Made by a program: the position numbers and the translations under genes | Notes under the pieces: model-generated | What the model saw: the letters and a program-made list of their open reading frames with translations, nothing else | Databases searched by the model: none | What the model was told of the DNA's origin: nothing | Part shown: piece by piece, positions 37,323-49,502 of the stretch | Numbering within the stretch: the first letter of the stretch is position 1 | How the letters are laid out: every line of letters starts with the position of its first letter | Assembly (NCBI GenBank): GCA_017499595.2 | Contig: CM039005.1 | Span: 372,001-436,000 of the forward strand | Reading direction: 5' to 3' | Source: Psilocybe cubensis | Lineage: Eukaryota | Length of the DNA stretch: 64,000 nucleotides

Positions 37323-39120
37323 ATGTCTATGATGCCGCAACGGAAAGAGCTAACCAGTCTGCCAATGGATCTCCTTGTTCTTATCCTCGAATTCCTTGAT
37401 CCTTATGATATACTTGAAGCGAGAAAGGTGCGAGTGCATGTTCAACCTGCTGAACAGGCCAATCTGATTTGACCCACTATTGCGAACAGACCTGCAAATT
37501 GTTGCACGGTGTGACAACGCAGCGTATAGTTTGGATTAACGCTCTTCGTCGAACATGCTACCGAAATTCCATCTACGAAGGCACATTTCCGCTATCCAGA
37601 ATGTCTCTATCAGACCTCGAACATGCAGCCACGGTTCCTAGTAAATGGGCGTCTCTCTCATCGAAACCGCGTAAAAGCGAGGAACCCCTATCCAGCGCCA
37701 CCACTCGCCGTCTCCACTGCCCACGGAGCTTAACATACGATATCGATGAAGAACTCGGTGAATTTACCAGCTTCTGTTTGGTCCCTGGGGGTAGATATCT
37801 TGTAACGTTCGCTCGGAATTGGGTGGCAGTTTGGGATTTGGGATTGAAGCCCGGACCTGACACAATCACGGATTTCCAGCCCCTTGGGGTGTCGGCGGTA
37901 CATTTCACGGGGATGTTCCTCGTTCACCCCACAATCGATGGAAAGGGACTTCATATTTTTGTCTCTGCCGCTGAGCAAACGATGTTTAAGCAGGATTGCT
38001 ATGAATCGTGAGTATCAGTTATGGCGCCTCTGTGCGTCAAATCTTTCTGATGATGACTGATGAAGACATAATTAGCTCTGTTCTTCTGATATACGAGATA
38101 TATCCTCAAAACGTCAACCCGAAATTGGAACTCATTGCCCGCCTGAATCATGTTAACACCGACGAAATCAATTTTTTTTCGCTTTCTAGAAATCGCCTCA
38201 TATTCATGGAAGGGTCCATTCTGAAAATTTGGCATTACACAAAAAACTCTTGGGCACATTGGACGGTTGAGAAAGATTATTACCAGGTACCATCTAATAT
38301 AACTTGGCACACATACATTATTCACAACTCACCAACTAGATTATCGTTGGTGAATCAACAGTAACTCTGCTGTCCCCGACTGGGGTCTCTGTGTGGCCTA
38401 TTCCTGCTCTCTCCTCGTCATCTCCACCGTTCTTAAACCAACCGCCTCAGGCGATATCCCCCCTTGTCACCCTTCCCTATCCAAACCCACGTCCCTCAAA
38501 CACCGACTGGTGCGAGGGACCCTGCGACTGGTATTCGGGAACCACTCAACCTTTTCTCTACGATCTTGTAAACTGGGATAGTGATTCTGAAACCATAACA
38601 ATGCGCCGATACGAGGTCTCATTGGCGCAGGACCTCAAATCCTCCGAGCTGATCGAACGACAGGCGTTCACTTTCCATGGCCCAGACGAGCCTGATATTC
38701 TGTTCCAACCTTCGGCGTTTAACGATAATTCCCTCGTCACGATCTTTTTTGACTTCACGTGCGATTCTATCAAGCTGCATACTGGTTCTTTCTCTGGTCC
38801 GTCTTCTCCTAACAAAGACGGTAAATTGCCCGACCCGGAGGCATCCGAGACTATTACCCTCGTCAAGGGGGAGCATATCACAAAGGGCTATGCGATGGCG
38901 TTCTGTCCAATTTCTGCACGTTTTTTATACCTGGACAGCGAGAAGAATATCTGCATTATCGATTACATTTCTCAGCCTGCGTCGGAGGTAAGTCTTCATC
39001 CTCGACTTATATCCCCTCGGGACTTATGTACTGTGGCAGGTCTCTTGGCTTGATATTCAAAGAGGCAGCCGCGACTATCTTGTCGATGATGCGGTTCTGG
39101 AACTTGTTGAGACTTGTTGA
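37323..39120 (+). CDS. F-box-like protein, PGGR/FDPxSGR family, paralogue 3
   Basis: LTSLPMDLLVLILEFLDPYDILEARK|TCKLL; FCLVPGGRYLVTF; VWDL; AFCPISARFLYLD; last exon 39040-39120 (stop at 39053 if unspliced). Confidence 0.8.
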
Positions 39121-39831
39121 GCCTCTTTCTGCCTAGCTGTCCGCCATCTTTCACATGCTGGCGTTTCATCGTTTCATCGTCGTCGTCACTAAAGCTATTC
39201 CACATGTAACATCATCGCATACCACACGCATTCAATGTACAATACAAGTTTCGCACCGGAATTTTAGCTCTTCCTTTGAATTCCTGGTAGTGGCTCCTCG
39301 GCGGCTGAGCGCCACTAAACTATCCGTGATAACGCTTAAACATTCGGAATCACCATAAAATCGGGAAGGACAGACTTCAGTCTATAAACTGAACTGAGAT
39401 ACACTATTTCATCATATTTGATCAGTGATCTAAAGAGGTGTTAGAAAAACGCTTTCAATCACTTTGGGGTATCATTGATAGCCACTGCCTTCCAACTGTT
39501 TTTCACAGTGGGGAGTGTATGTAACTAAATCAACTCTGATTTCGAACATATCTTCTGCCTTGATCAGTGTAGATCACCCCTCCATCTTCAAAGTTACGTC
39601 TGAGGTGGCCATGCAATGAATTTCGAGCATGTTGGGGTTTGAACTTTGAAACCCAACAACAACTGATGCAGTTCATCGCAAGTTCATTGAGATTCCTTGA
39701 AAATATTTTCCCACCATCACCTTATCTTCCCAGATGATCTCATTTGGCCCGCAGCTGACGACTTCAAAGTTCCAGAGGAACATCGCTAGCCTCGTACATC
39801 ACACCAACTGCTTGGATATCTTTACTCTGAC

Positions 39832-40744
39832 ATGTCGAAGAAAATAATCATTGTTGGTGGCCACGGAAATGCACGTACCATCCCCTTTTCGCTCCTAATT
39901 CGCAGTCGGAGGCTGACATCGCTTGGCATTCACACAGGTATCTCTAAGGCTGACCAAATTACTCACCCCAAATCACTCTGTAACATCTATAATCAGAGAC
40001 CCTGCACAAGAGCAGGACATCAAAGATTTATCTGCAACACCGCTCGTGCTGTCCTTGGAGGATTCACCCGTGTCTGACTTTACCGCAGCGTTCACCGGGA
40101 AGGATGTTGTGTATTTCTCCGCAGGAGCCGGTGCGCGAGGTGGGGAGGAGCGAACGAAGAAGGTAGATTACGAAGGCGCTCTGAAAGTGTTCGATGCCAT
40201 CGAGGCTGTCGATAGCCCAAAGCCGAGGCTCATTCTCGTGTCAGCAGTGGACATACGCGACCCAGCAAAGATACCTGCTCACTATGTAAGTGAGACGGTC
40301 ACCATACCATCAGCGGAGTAAAAACGCTGATCATATTCGAGTTCAGAACGAAGAAGACATCGCTATGTCGAATAGAATCAGAAAGGTTATAGCTGCATAC
40401 ATGCACTGGAAATATGAAGCGGATAAGAATCTGGCCAAACGCACCGCCTTCAAATGGACTATACTCCGTCCTGGAGGGTTGACTAATGCACCAGGCGTTG
40501 GAACTGCCTCCATCGGAAGGACACATTTGACCACAACCATCACAGTAAGCATATGAGTTTAAGAAGAGTTCCAATAGTTCTAACAATGTTATTTTAGAGG
40601 GATGATGTGGCTAAAGCCCTTGCACTTCTTGTGGACAGAGAGGATGCAGCTAGCTTGGCAATTGATTACGTTGGAGGAGACACGCCTATCGAAGAGGGTC
40701 TAAACGCTTTCATTGCCAAGGGTGAAACAGATTTTCTAGGATAG
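39832..40744 (+). CDS. NAD(P)-binding Rossmann-fold protein (atypical SDR, yeast YMR090W-like)
   Basis: IIIVGGHGN; DVVYFSAGAG; KVDYEGA; WTILRPGGL; DDVAKAL. Confidence 0.85.
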
Positions 40745-43015
40745 CAGCAATGCTGTAGGTAAAAACTCAAGAGGTGTACTAAAATGTTTCTATACAATTT
40801 GAAACTTTTCCCCTGGTACATCTGGTATATGATCTGGATTCTGAGGTCCGTTTCTGATCTTGCTTGACAAATATGATTTAAAAATTCGCTCACTTTCCCC
40901 CAATATGAGAATAATATCGAAAGTGTGACACCTGCGTTCCATCGAAAAGCAGAGGACCGTGGCATAGAGATAAGTAGAGTTGAATCACCAAAGCCGACCA
41001 CGAGCAACTGTGGCGTCGTGAGATGTGGAACAAGGGCAGTAGTTAGTCCAAAATTCAGTCGAAGATATAATGATGGATCTGTTAAGCTTAATTTTTTTCG
41101 CTGACTACTAATTTCTCAACAACCCTTCTTCGAGGGATTTCGGGGATGTGATCATTTCAAATACAGACTCGTTAATTTTGCCGCCAATGAACACTCAATG
41201 TTGACTTGTGAACCAATTCAAACAGTCAAAGGACTAAGCAATTATTTAGAACGTACCTTTCTCATCTCTGTAAGCCTATTGCAAAGGCTGCAATCTCAAA
41301 CTGGCTGTGGGTCCATACACAAAGAGCGTCGGCAATTGCTTCTCCGACATTAAGAACGGTATTTTTTCCGTTGGCAACACAAAGAACAGAGCCAGCCTTG
41401 CCGCTTCAAGAGAAGAGGCCCTGAGTTCATTGTACTTATCCTTATGCTTACCGTAGTCCCACAGAAAAGTTCAAGTTTTGAGTGTGTGGTGGTGGGGCCG
41501 TAGGCGGTGGACAGACTAATCGATGATGTGCGCATTGTAAAGCCCAAAATGTCGCTGAGCAATGCCGCACAACTTACGAGAAGATCACAGACAGGGACAC
41601 CTGGCTCAAAGATAAGACGGGATTGAAATGTTGATAGCTCAGATCACGTTTCCTCATTTGTTGACTGGGCCCACGTAGTGCTTCCACTTACCATTTGTTA
41701 TAGAAATGTGTCACAGAACTCACTGCTTGGTTGGAGATAGAGAACAGATTTGATATGTGCGAGGATTGCAGACCAAAGTTGGATCTCTTAAGATTCAATC
41801 AAAAAAAACATCAGCTACTCCACCCCTAGCAATTTCGAAGTAAAAAAACGATCCTTAGTGCAAGTTATCATTATTTGGCTTTTCACCAAGCTGGAGTTCT
41901 TCTGGCGTCCACAGAAGCTGGTGGCTTAGGAACGGGAAGACAATCGGGGGTAGGCAAAACATAAATGATGTGGAGGGATGTTAATAGTCGATCCAACGAA
42001 TAAAACGGGTATGGGACTCACAGGGGCCAACGCCCCGGCTGCCGTTGGATGTTGTCCAAAAGGATGATAAAAATGACATTCGGGTATGCCAGCGGAATTT
42101 CCAGAGCAGGAAGACGGCGGCAAGAGAGTTCTAGTTAGAGGCAGATACTTGAGACGTCCCAAAGCAATAGCCAACATGCGTGCGTTGCAGCCAGTACTAC
42201 CAGGGAATCAGGGACAAAAGCAATTAACGAGAGGCCGAAGTCGACGCAAAAAATAACAGTCCAAGCCTCAGAGCAACACGGATAGACACGAGTATCGATT
42301 CCTATTCGAGAGTTGCATTGATGAACACCCAAGATCAGAGCATTGGACGATTTCTGCAAGCCCAAAAGATGACGCCCTTGAACATAGGGGTAAAGCCAGA
42401 TTATACTTGAGCCAAGACGTTAAGACCAAAGGCGCAGTAGAAACAAAGAACGAATCCTATAGGTCAAGACGCAACATTAGCGCTCACAAGACAGCAAATC
42501 AGTCCACATGGTGGCCGAGAGTCGGAACAGTCAGTGAGCATACAAAAAAGTTCCAGCAGCATAGCAAGGTACGATCAGATAGATCCAAGATAAAGTAGCG
42601 AATTTGAGTAGCAAGGAAGAGAGGGAGTAGCGCAAACACAGCAAATTAAAAACAAAGAGTTCAAGCCAGAGATTGATGGTTAAGTCCAGAAAAGCCAAGA
42701 CTCAGCGATCAGAGGGCGCACGTGACAGGTTCCGATCGCGTCAAGCTATAAATAGACCAGTGCCACTCGATTAGAATTGCGATCGACAAGACGTGAAGGA
42801 AACGCGAAGATGTCCATCCAGGTAGGCATGCTACAATGTTGAATAAGAAGTGGATTAGTGGAGCTTACATTGTACTGCATAATGAGGCTTCAATAAATTC
42901 ATCGAATCATCGAATGCCAAAATTCCCGCAAAGTCAACTCACAATGTGCCACACTACGTGGGCTCATTGAATACCGGTGTATCTGCACGGCTAATTTCGG
43001 ATATGCATCACATTG

Positions 43016-43521
43016 AATATTGGAATGCGGCGGGATATTGGAATGCGGGTCGGGATGAATAGGGTCGGAATCTTTGAATCGGGGTTGGGATAGTGGATGT
43101 GGTCGGGACGTTGAAATGGGTCAGAATCTTCGAATCGGGGTCGGGATAGTGGATATGGTCGGGACGTTGAAATGGGGTCGGAATGAATGGAATGCGGGGC
43201 GTCGGGTTGTTGGAATGCGGGGTCGGGATGAATGAGTTGTCGGCCTATTGGAATTGGGTCGGGTTGTTGGAATGCGGGGCATCGGGTTGTTGGAATTCAG
43301 GGTGTCGGGTTGTTGGAATGCGGGGTCGGGATGAATGGGTGTTGGCCTATTGGTATTGGGTCGGGATGTTGGAATGCGGGTCGGGATTGATGCCAGCATC
43401 GAGATATTTGAATAGGAGTCGGGGTATTGAAATGGGGTCGGAATGTTGGGTTGGGATGAACGGGTTGGCAGGATGTGTTGGCATAAATGGGGTCGGAACT
43501 TTGCAACCAGAGGCGGGATAT
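43016..43521. repeat. Subterminal minisatellite, ~21-bp unit GGGGTCGGG(T/A)TGTTGGAATGC
   Basis: About 20 degenerate tandem copies; strongly G-rich plus strand. Confidence 0.9.
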
Positions 43522-43695
43522 TAAAACACTACTGTACTAAATGCCGTCGACGGCGTTTGGATTTCAGTTTACCGTAGTGATACTTGTTAGGATCAATGCT
43601 ATCACACTGGTACATGAGAAAGGAGAAAGCATACAAATGTTATTCAAAAAAGTACACAAGCTATATTCAAAATAAAGAACACATGTATGTACAGA

Positions 43696-45421
43696 TTAGT
43701 CAAAAAGATCCAGCTCCAAGTTGCCCGCAAAGTGCTCCGACGTGAACTGTGGTTGAGCAGAATTCTCGTCAACGTCAATTGAATAGTCCGATTCTGCAAA
43801 TGAGTTACTAATAGTCAGAAACTTTTTGAATATGATTTAAGCTAGAATACTACATACCTTCTGCAGAATCAAAGAAAAGGTCGGCAGCTTCATTGGCTAG
43901 GTCCGACAAGGTTGAGCGACTTGACTCATTGTTGGTATCTTGAAGCTCATCAGCAAAGAGCTCTAATGCCTGATTAATGGCATCCGAGTTAGTTTCGCTG
44001 ATGTCGGAATTATTGTCGGTATGCTCTTGAACATTCCCCGACGCCCCAGCCTGTTGGTCTTCTTCAGCGTCAAAGAGTTCGATCGCAGCCTTGACCATGT
44101 TTTTGAGGTTTTCTGCAGAGTTATCGGTACTGAGATTTTCTGCAGAGTTATCGGTACTGCGTTCGCTGACGTCAAAGTCCGCCATCTCTCCGCCACTAGA
44201 ATCTGAACCTTCTGTCCCTGTTTTGAAGTACCTGGGAAGATCAAGATTGTTAGATGGAGGTGCCTTGATATCTTCGCGGGACAAAATGGAGTTTGTCGGA
44301 AGGAATAAAGTGCGCATTTTTGAATCGCTGAGTTCGGATCTTTTGCCCAAGTCCCCGCCATCTCGAAGACTCTTTACATATCCCGAATGAACTGTTTTTG
44401 TGGCGACACCAAGAGCACGAACCTGCGAAACTATGAGACATCAGGTCAAATCCACTTTAAAAACAATAGCATACCTGCTTGACAGTGAGTTGTGCATCCC
44501 AAGTCCACTTGGATGAAGGTGTGTTGGGGATGGGTTCGGGCTTCAACGGCAATAATTGGGAAGCTTTGTAGAGCTTGAAAAATCCTGCAGCGCGGTGTGC
44601 AATACGGTCAACGCTGTGGCTTGACTGACCCGCGTTGGCCATCAACATGGTTTTAAACCCTTGTAGCTGGTGAAGTACGTCGTCAGCAAGAAAAGAAAGT
44701 CGGGAACATGAGTCGCATGTTGCAGAATTGGCGTTGTTGAGAAGCATGAGAATCGGTTTGATTTGAGTCGGAATAACGTCGGAAGGCACCGACGATGTTG
44801 GCTGCGATGCCTTGGCCAGATCTTCACGTTCTTTGTCCAGGCATTGCTTCAACTCACCCTCATGATACTTCATGACGTCGGTAAGATTGCTTCCATTTAA
44901 AATGTCGTTGTCGTCAGACGGCGGAGTGTTTTTCAACCACCACGCACACATGTACGAGTTGACACGTCTGTCGAGGGCAGTACAAGGTGCCCCCACCGCC
45001 AATAAATTGATCATACTTGGGTCAATATCCAGCGGGAGCAATTCTGTTCTAGCAACAGCCAAAGTATTGCACAGAGAGCGCAGAAGGAGTGGCATTTCAA
45101 TAACCTGAGATCCTGCGTAGGCGGCACCAATACACGCTAAGACAACATCCTGGTCGGAGTGCGTGATTTTCATATGATAAGTCCGACGATCATGTGATAG
45201 AAAAAACTTACTAATTCAATCTGCAGAGTCTCCTGCATCCACTTTTTTTGACGCGCAGTAGGAGCCTTAACGATGTGTTCCAGAATCTCTCGGAATCGAG
45301 ATGTTGCAAATATAGCAGTTTTTTGGATTTGTCTGCCCTTCTTCAACCGATGCGCATAATTGTGGTCAAAAGGATTGAACACAGTGATGACTTTGATAGC
45401 TTTGGGGTCTCCTGCACTCAT
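43696..45421 (-). CDS. KDZ cargo gene 1: hypothetical protein with acidic C-terminus (4 exons)
   Basis: ORFs 45421-45170, 45173-44457 and 44350-43850 joined by GT-AG introns; final exon ends LELDLFD*; internal duplication STDNSAENL x2. Confidence 0.6.
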
Positions 45422-45489
45422 GATGGATGTGGATATGATGGATGTAGATAAGAAAGATGGGTTTGGATAAGAAAAATGTGTATTTGAAA

Positions 45490-48400
45490 TTACATTGGTT
45501 TGTAGAGGGAATTTATCCGCCTAAATAAGTAATCTCCAGCCACCGCCAAGCTATACCAAGCATCTGACTTGCGATATGCATATGCTCTCCTACCCGCACT
45601 AAGTGTCGGCTCCAACATTGTATATGTTTTCCACTTTTTACTCTGATGTATAAAAAATGCAACCATCCATTGCATTTCGTATCGTACCAGTGTCGCCTCT
45701 TCTAGCCACCTGTGATATAACACTCGTGCCCTCAACCAATGTACTCTTTTAACTGTATAGTCGGGTAGTCGGGTCGGAAATTTATAAGCGCCCGTAATAT
45801 ATCATTAAAATAACTCACATTCAAGCACAGTGGCGGGATCTGCTTCCTCTGATAATGTGTTTGGGTCGGCATCGGGAGTAGCTGTCGGATCAAGTGCCCA
45901 CCGCGGTCCGAATCTTTGGTGTACAGAATACCAAATCCATGACAAACGGAATTTGGTTGATCCCGGCAAATTTGGATTAAGAATTGCAGTACTTGATTTA
46001 ATGTCTTCTTTTGTTAAAATGCGCAACTCCTGAAGAATTTCATCATTGGCCCCCAACTTGACAATACGAGTTCGGCAGTGTGAGTATGCCTGCGCATGCA
46101 TTGAAATTTGGTCTTTTAACTCTTTTACCGCCGTTTGACCTCGTGTGCGTACCCCTTTGCGTGGACCCTTTTGGACAACTTCTTTGAACTGGAAAGACCG
46201 CTCTGCTATTAGTTCTCGGATCTGGTTAAGGTGACTTCTAGCTTTTGATATTCTGGCTTCAAGTTCATCTGATGCATAAATTTTGCTTGCAGCACCATTT
46301 GATGGTAAGCATATTGGCTGTAGATCAATATCCTCGTTTACTGTCGGACCCAACCCAGGAGCTAGAACATCTTCTTCGTCTTCCCAGTCAATTAAAATCT
46401 GGTCGGATATGTCAATGTCTTGTCTCCCGGTAGCAACAACACCTGCTTTGGCCTGAAGTTTATTGAGTTGAACCATCAATGTTTTGAGGGAGTCTCGTAG
46501 CTTTTGAAGCTTGACGCGGTCGGTAAGACGATCATGATTGACAAGCCGACGTGCACACATCCGTATGTCCAATCTAAAATATTAAAACTTGCATTAGAAT
46601 AGTTTCACTTAAGATAACTATACATACTGTTTCTCTTCAATCACTAAAGCAAACTGGATCCATGATTGTACTGGAGTCAGTGGTGTAGAAGGACAGGCAC
46701 AGTCACTGGTATTGACTGTCGGAGCGGATCCAGGCCACTTAGCAGTATAAATGTCCATTAGCTTTGGGTCTTGCAATCGATTTTTTTCTACATGTTCAAT
46801 CTGCTGTGTCCATAATTTGATGGCTTCAGGATCAGCAGAGTTGGTAAGATTGGAAAAACATATCCGATATTTGTCTCTTGTTTCTTCAGCTTCTAGATAC
46901 CGTTGGCAAAGATACTTGGTTATTCCAAGAGCCTTTTTGTGGTTGGAATCACATGCATGATCATCAAGTATTTCTGCTTGATGAGCTAATGTTGCCGTTT
47001 GAGCTGCAGGGGATATAGCATTCAAGTCGGCCCACAATGATTCAAGAATCTCTCCGCAGACACAGGAGGCACCAGGAATAAATGTCGGAGCATATCGGAA
47101 AAAGCACTCATCCTTGTGAGCATGGACATGGAACATACCAATTGCTCTGTCAATTTTGAGTCCATTGGGGAGATGGTCCTTAATTCGCTTGAGTAGCCAG
47201 ATGATATACTGGCAGACAATATCATATATAACCATGGTGCCTTGGTCAGGATGGACACCAGTTGATGCAAGTGCAGCTAAAAATGCAAAGTCTACATTTT
47301 TCTGCTGCTCACCTTTAAAAAGATCAACTAGTGCATTTGGAGCATAGCACCCATGTCGGGCACATGCAATGCCGACAATTCCTGTAACATTGCAAGATGA
47401 CTTGGACAATAATGAATTTTGAATTGCATGAAATGTATTCTTGCATGGAGCACCCTAGTATTAGTTAGTTATACTGATTGTCACAGTAAAAAAATGGTTA
47501 AACAGACCGTCAATGCCTCAATAGCAGATTTAAGAAATGCATGGTACTCTGCGCGGTCAGGTATCATGCCACTACCTTCTGAAAGCCAGACATCTCAAGA
47601 TGGCTTTTCTGAGCGAATATGATCAGCCTTGAAGTTTCCATCAGCTACAAATATCCGTTTGTAAACCCAACGATTTGGGTCTTCTCTCCAATTGTCGGGT
47701 AAATTAACTCCAGGTTGTGGGCATGCGGGACAAAAAATTCCAAGTTCTCCTTTTCCAACAGACAGCGCAGCCCTCCCATTATGCCCTGCAAACCCCGACC
47801 ATTTGAGTTTTTTCATCCACCTCCATAGTCGCGACATTCTTCGGAACTCATTGTATAGGTCCACAACACTTGAAGGAAACATTGGATTTGTCACTTGTCG
47901 GATAAGAGAGTAGAACTGATATGCTGATGCCTTGAGTTCTAGGTTGGATAAACGGAAATAGTCTAGAAGCTGGGCGGAGAAAACTGTACGAATGCGGTGA
48001 AAACTTGTTGGCAATAATCGACTTGCAATGAGATCCAGAGGAAGATTGTTGGCTCCATGGCATACACAATAAACCATGGCTAGGTGGTGGACACCATTAG
48101 TATGAATTGCCCGAATATAGGCATTGTTGAGTCCGTCAGTCTTTGGAGTCCCTGTCGGAATGCCTTTGTTTGCCGACTGTGGTCGGAGATATTGAGGCAT
48201 GTCCCGTACATCTGCCTCTGCTTTGCTTACTTCTTCTTCATTGTCACAGTCTTGAATATTGTCTAATGAATGAGGATCTTCTCGGCACCTGTTTAGGTAT
48301 GCCTCAAACTCCTCATCTGTAGGGCCATTTGGATCCAAATTCTCTGGGTCTTCCTCAAGATTTTCCATCTGAATATCAATACTGTTTGTGTATTCTGTCG

Positions 48401-49191
48401 ACTGCTCGATGGGCGCTTGTTTCCATTTCAATTGTTGTAGTTGATTTTGTTCCTCCTCGTCCTTGGTTTCTTCAATATTTTCAAGATAATTAATCTGGAA
48501 GTTCAATGAAGAACATATAGAATCTCCTGTATGATGGGGTATAAGGATATAGGTACCAGTCTCCCATAGCTGAGCCGGCTGGAAGTGTGTGCCTGTCCAA
48601 CATTCCACTTTGTGCAAAGGATTGACGCGGTGAGTATGCCGCATACACTTTCTGCAAATAAGGGATGGTAAGCTACAATCCTTGCACCGCCATACCGCAA
48701 TCAAATTGCTATCACAACTAGAGCAAATAGGAGGTTCAGAATCCTCAGAAATATTGGGTGCTTCTTGGCTCAGTAATGCCCCTAGTAAATCATCCACACG
48801 CAAAACAAATTCGTTAATATAGTCTCGTTGTGTCTATCCACATTATGCTGGTGAGATTACTTTGTAAAATAATAAAATATGTTCATACCTTCCGAATTTT
48901 TGGGACTACATTTTCATCATGGTGAGTTGAAGGTAGACTGTTTTCATCCTGACTAAATCCAGCATCCTTGTTGAATGTACCATGCTCCTGTTCTTCTAAA
49001 CCTATTGGCTTCTTCTTATGAGGTCGATTTGTGGTACTCAAAGAAACCTTCACTAGCTCTGAAACCACCTTTCCTGCTCGCGTGGTTCTGGTTTGATTCT
49101 TGTATGTAACAGCATCTGCTGCATTAGCATCATCTTTGTATAGTGCCTTCTTCCTGGATTTCCTGTTACTTGATGTTCGTTGAGATGGCAT
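45490..49191 (-). pseudogene. CxC2 + KDZ transposase with in-frame TGA at 47595-47597
   Basis: CRKCMRHTHRVNPLHKVECWTG; HTNGVHHLAMVYCVC; CPACPQPGVNLP; ADGNFK; ACARHGCY; YDIVCQY; FHVHAHKDEC; GEILESLW; RARVLYHRWLEEATLVRYEMQW. The reading SEKPS*DVWLSEG continues in frame. Confidence 0.9.
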
Positions 49192-49502
49192 AATAGAAAC
49201 AAGAGGAGAAATGATCCCTATCTTGGTTAGACATTGCTATATCTTAGGGTGGCTTATTCCAACTGCATAGTTTATCCTTACCTAATATGCATATTTTCTA
49301 CTTGTGGGCTGGTATAAAAGGAGCAGGGTTCTTGACGGTATTTTTTACCATTCATTCTTCCCCCACATTCATTGTTTTTAGGGCAAATCTGATTATTGCA
49401 ACCCAAGCCTGAACATATTCACAAGGTTAGTCTGTTCTTGTGCTATTTGACTATGTGAAGAACTTACTGCATGAATATTTTACATATTCTGTTTGATATA
49501 GC

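Noticed and set aside
41669-42963. 12-bp inverted pair GCCCACGTAGTG / CACTACGTGGGC
   Set aside because: Does not extend, has no TSD and straddles the proposed KDZ boundary; plausibly chance
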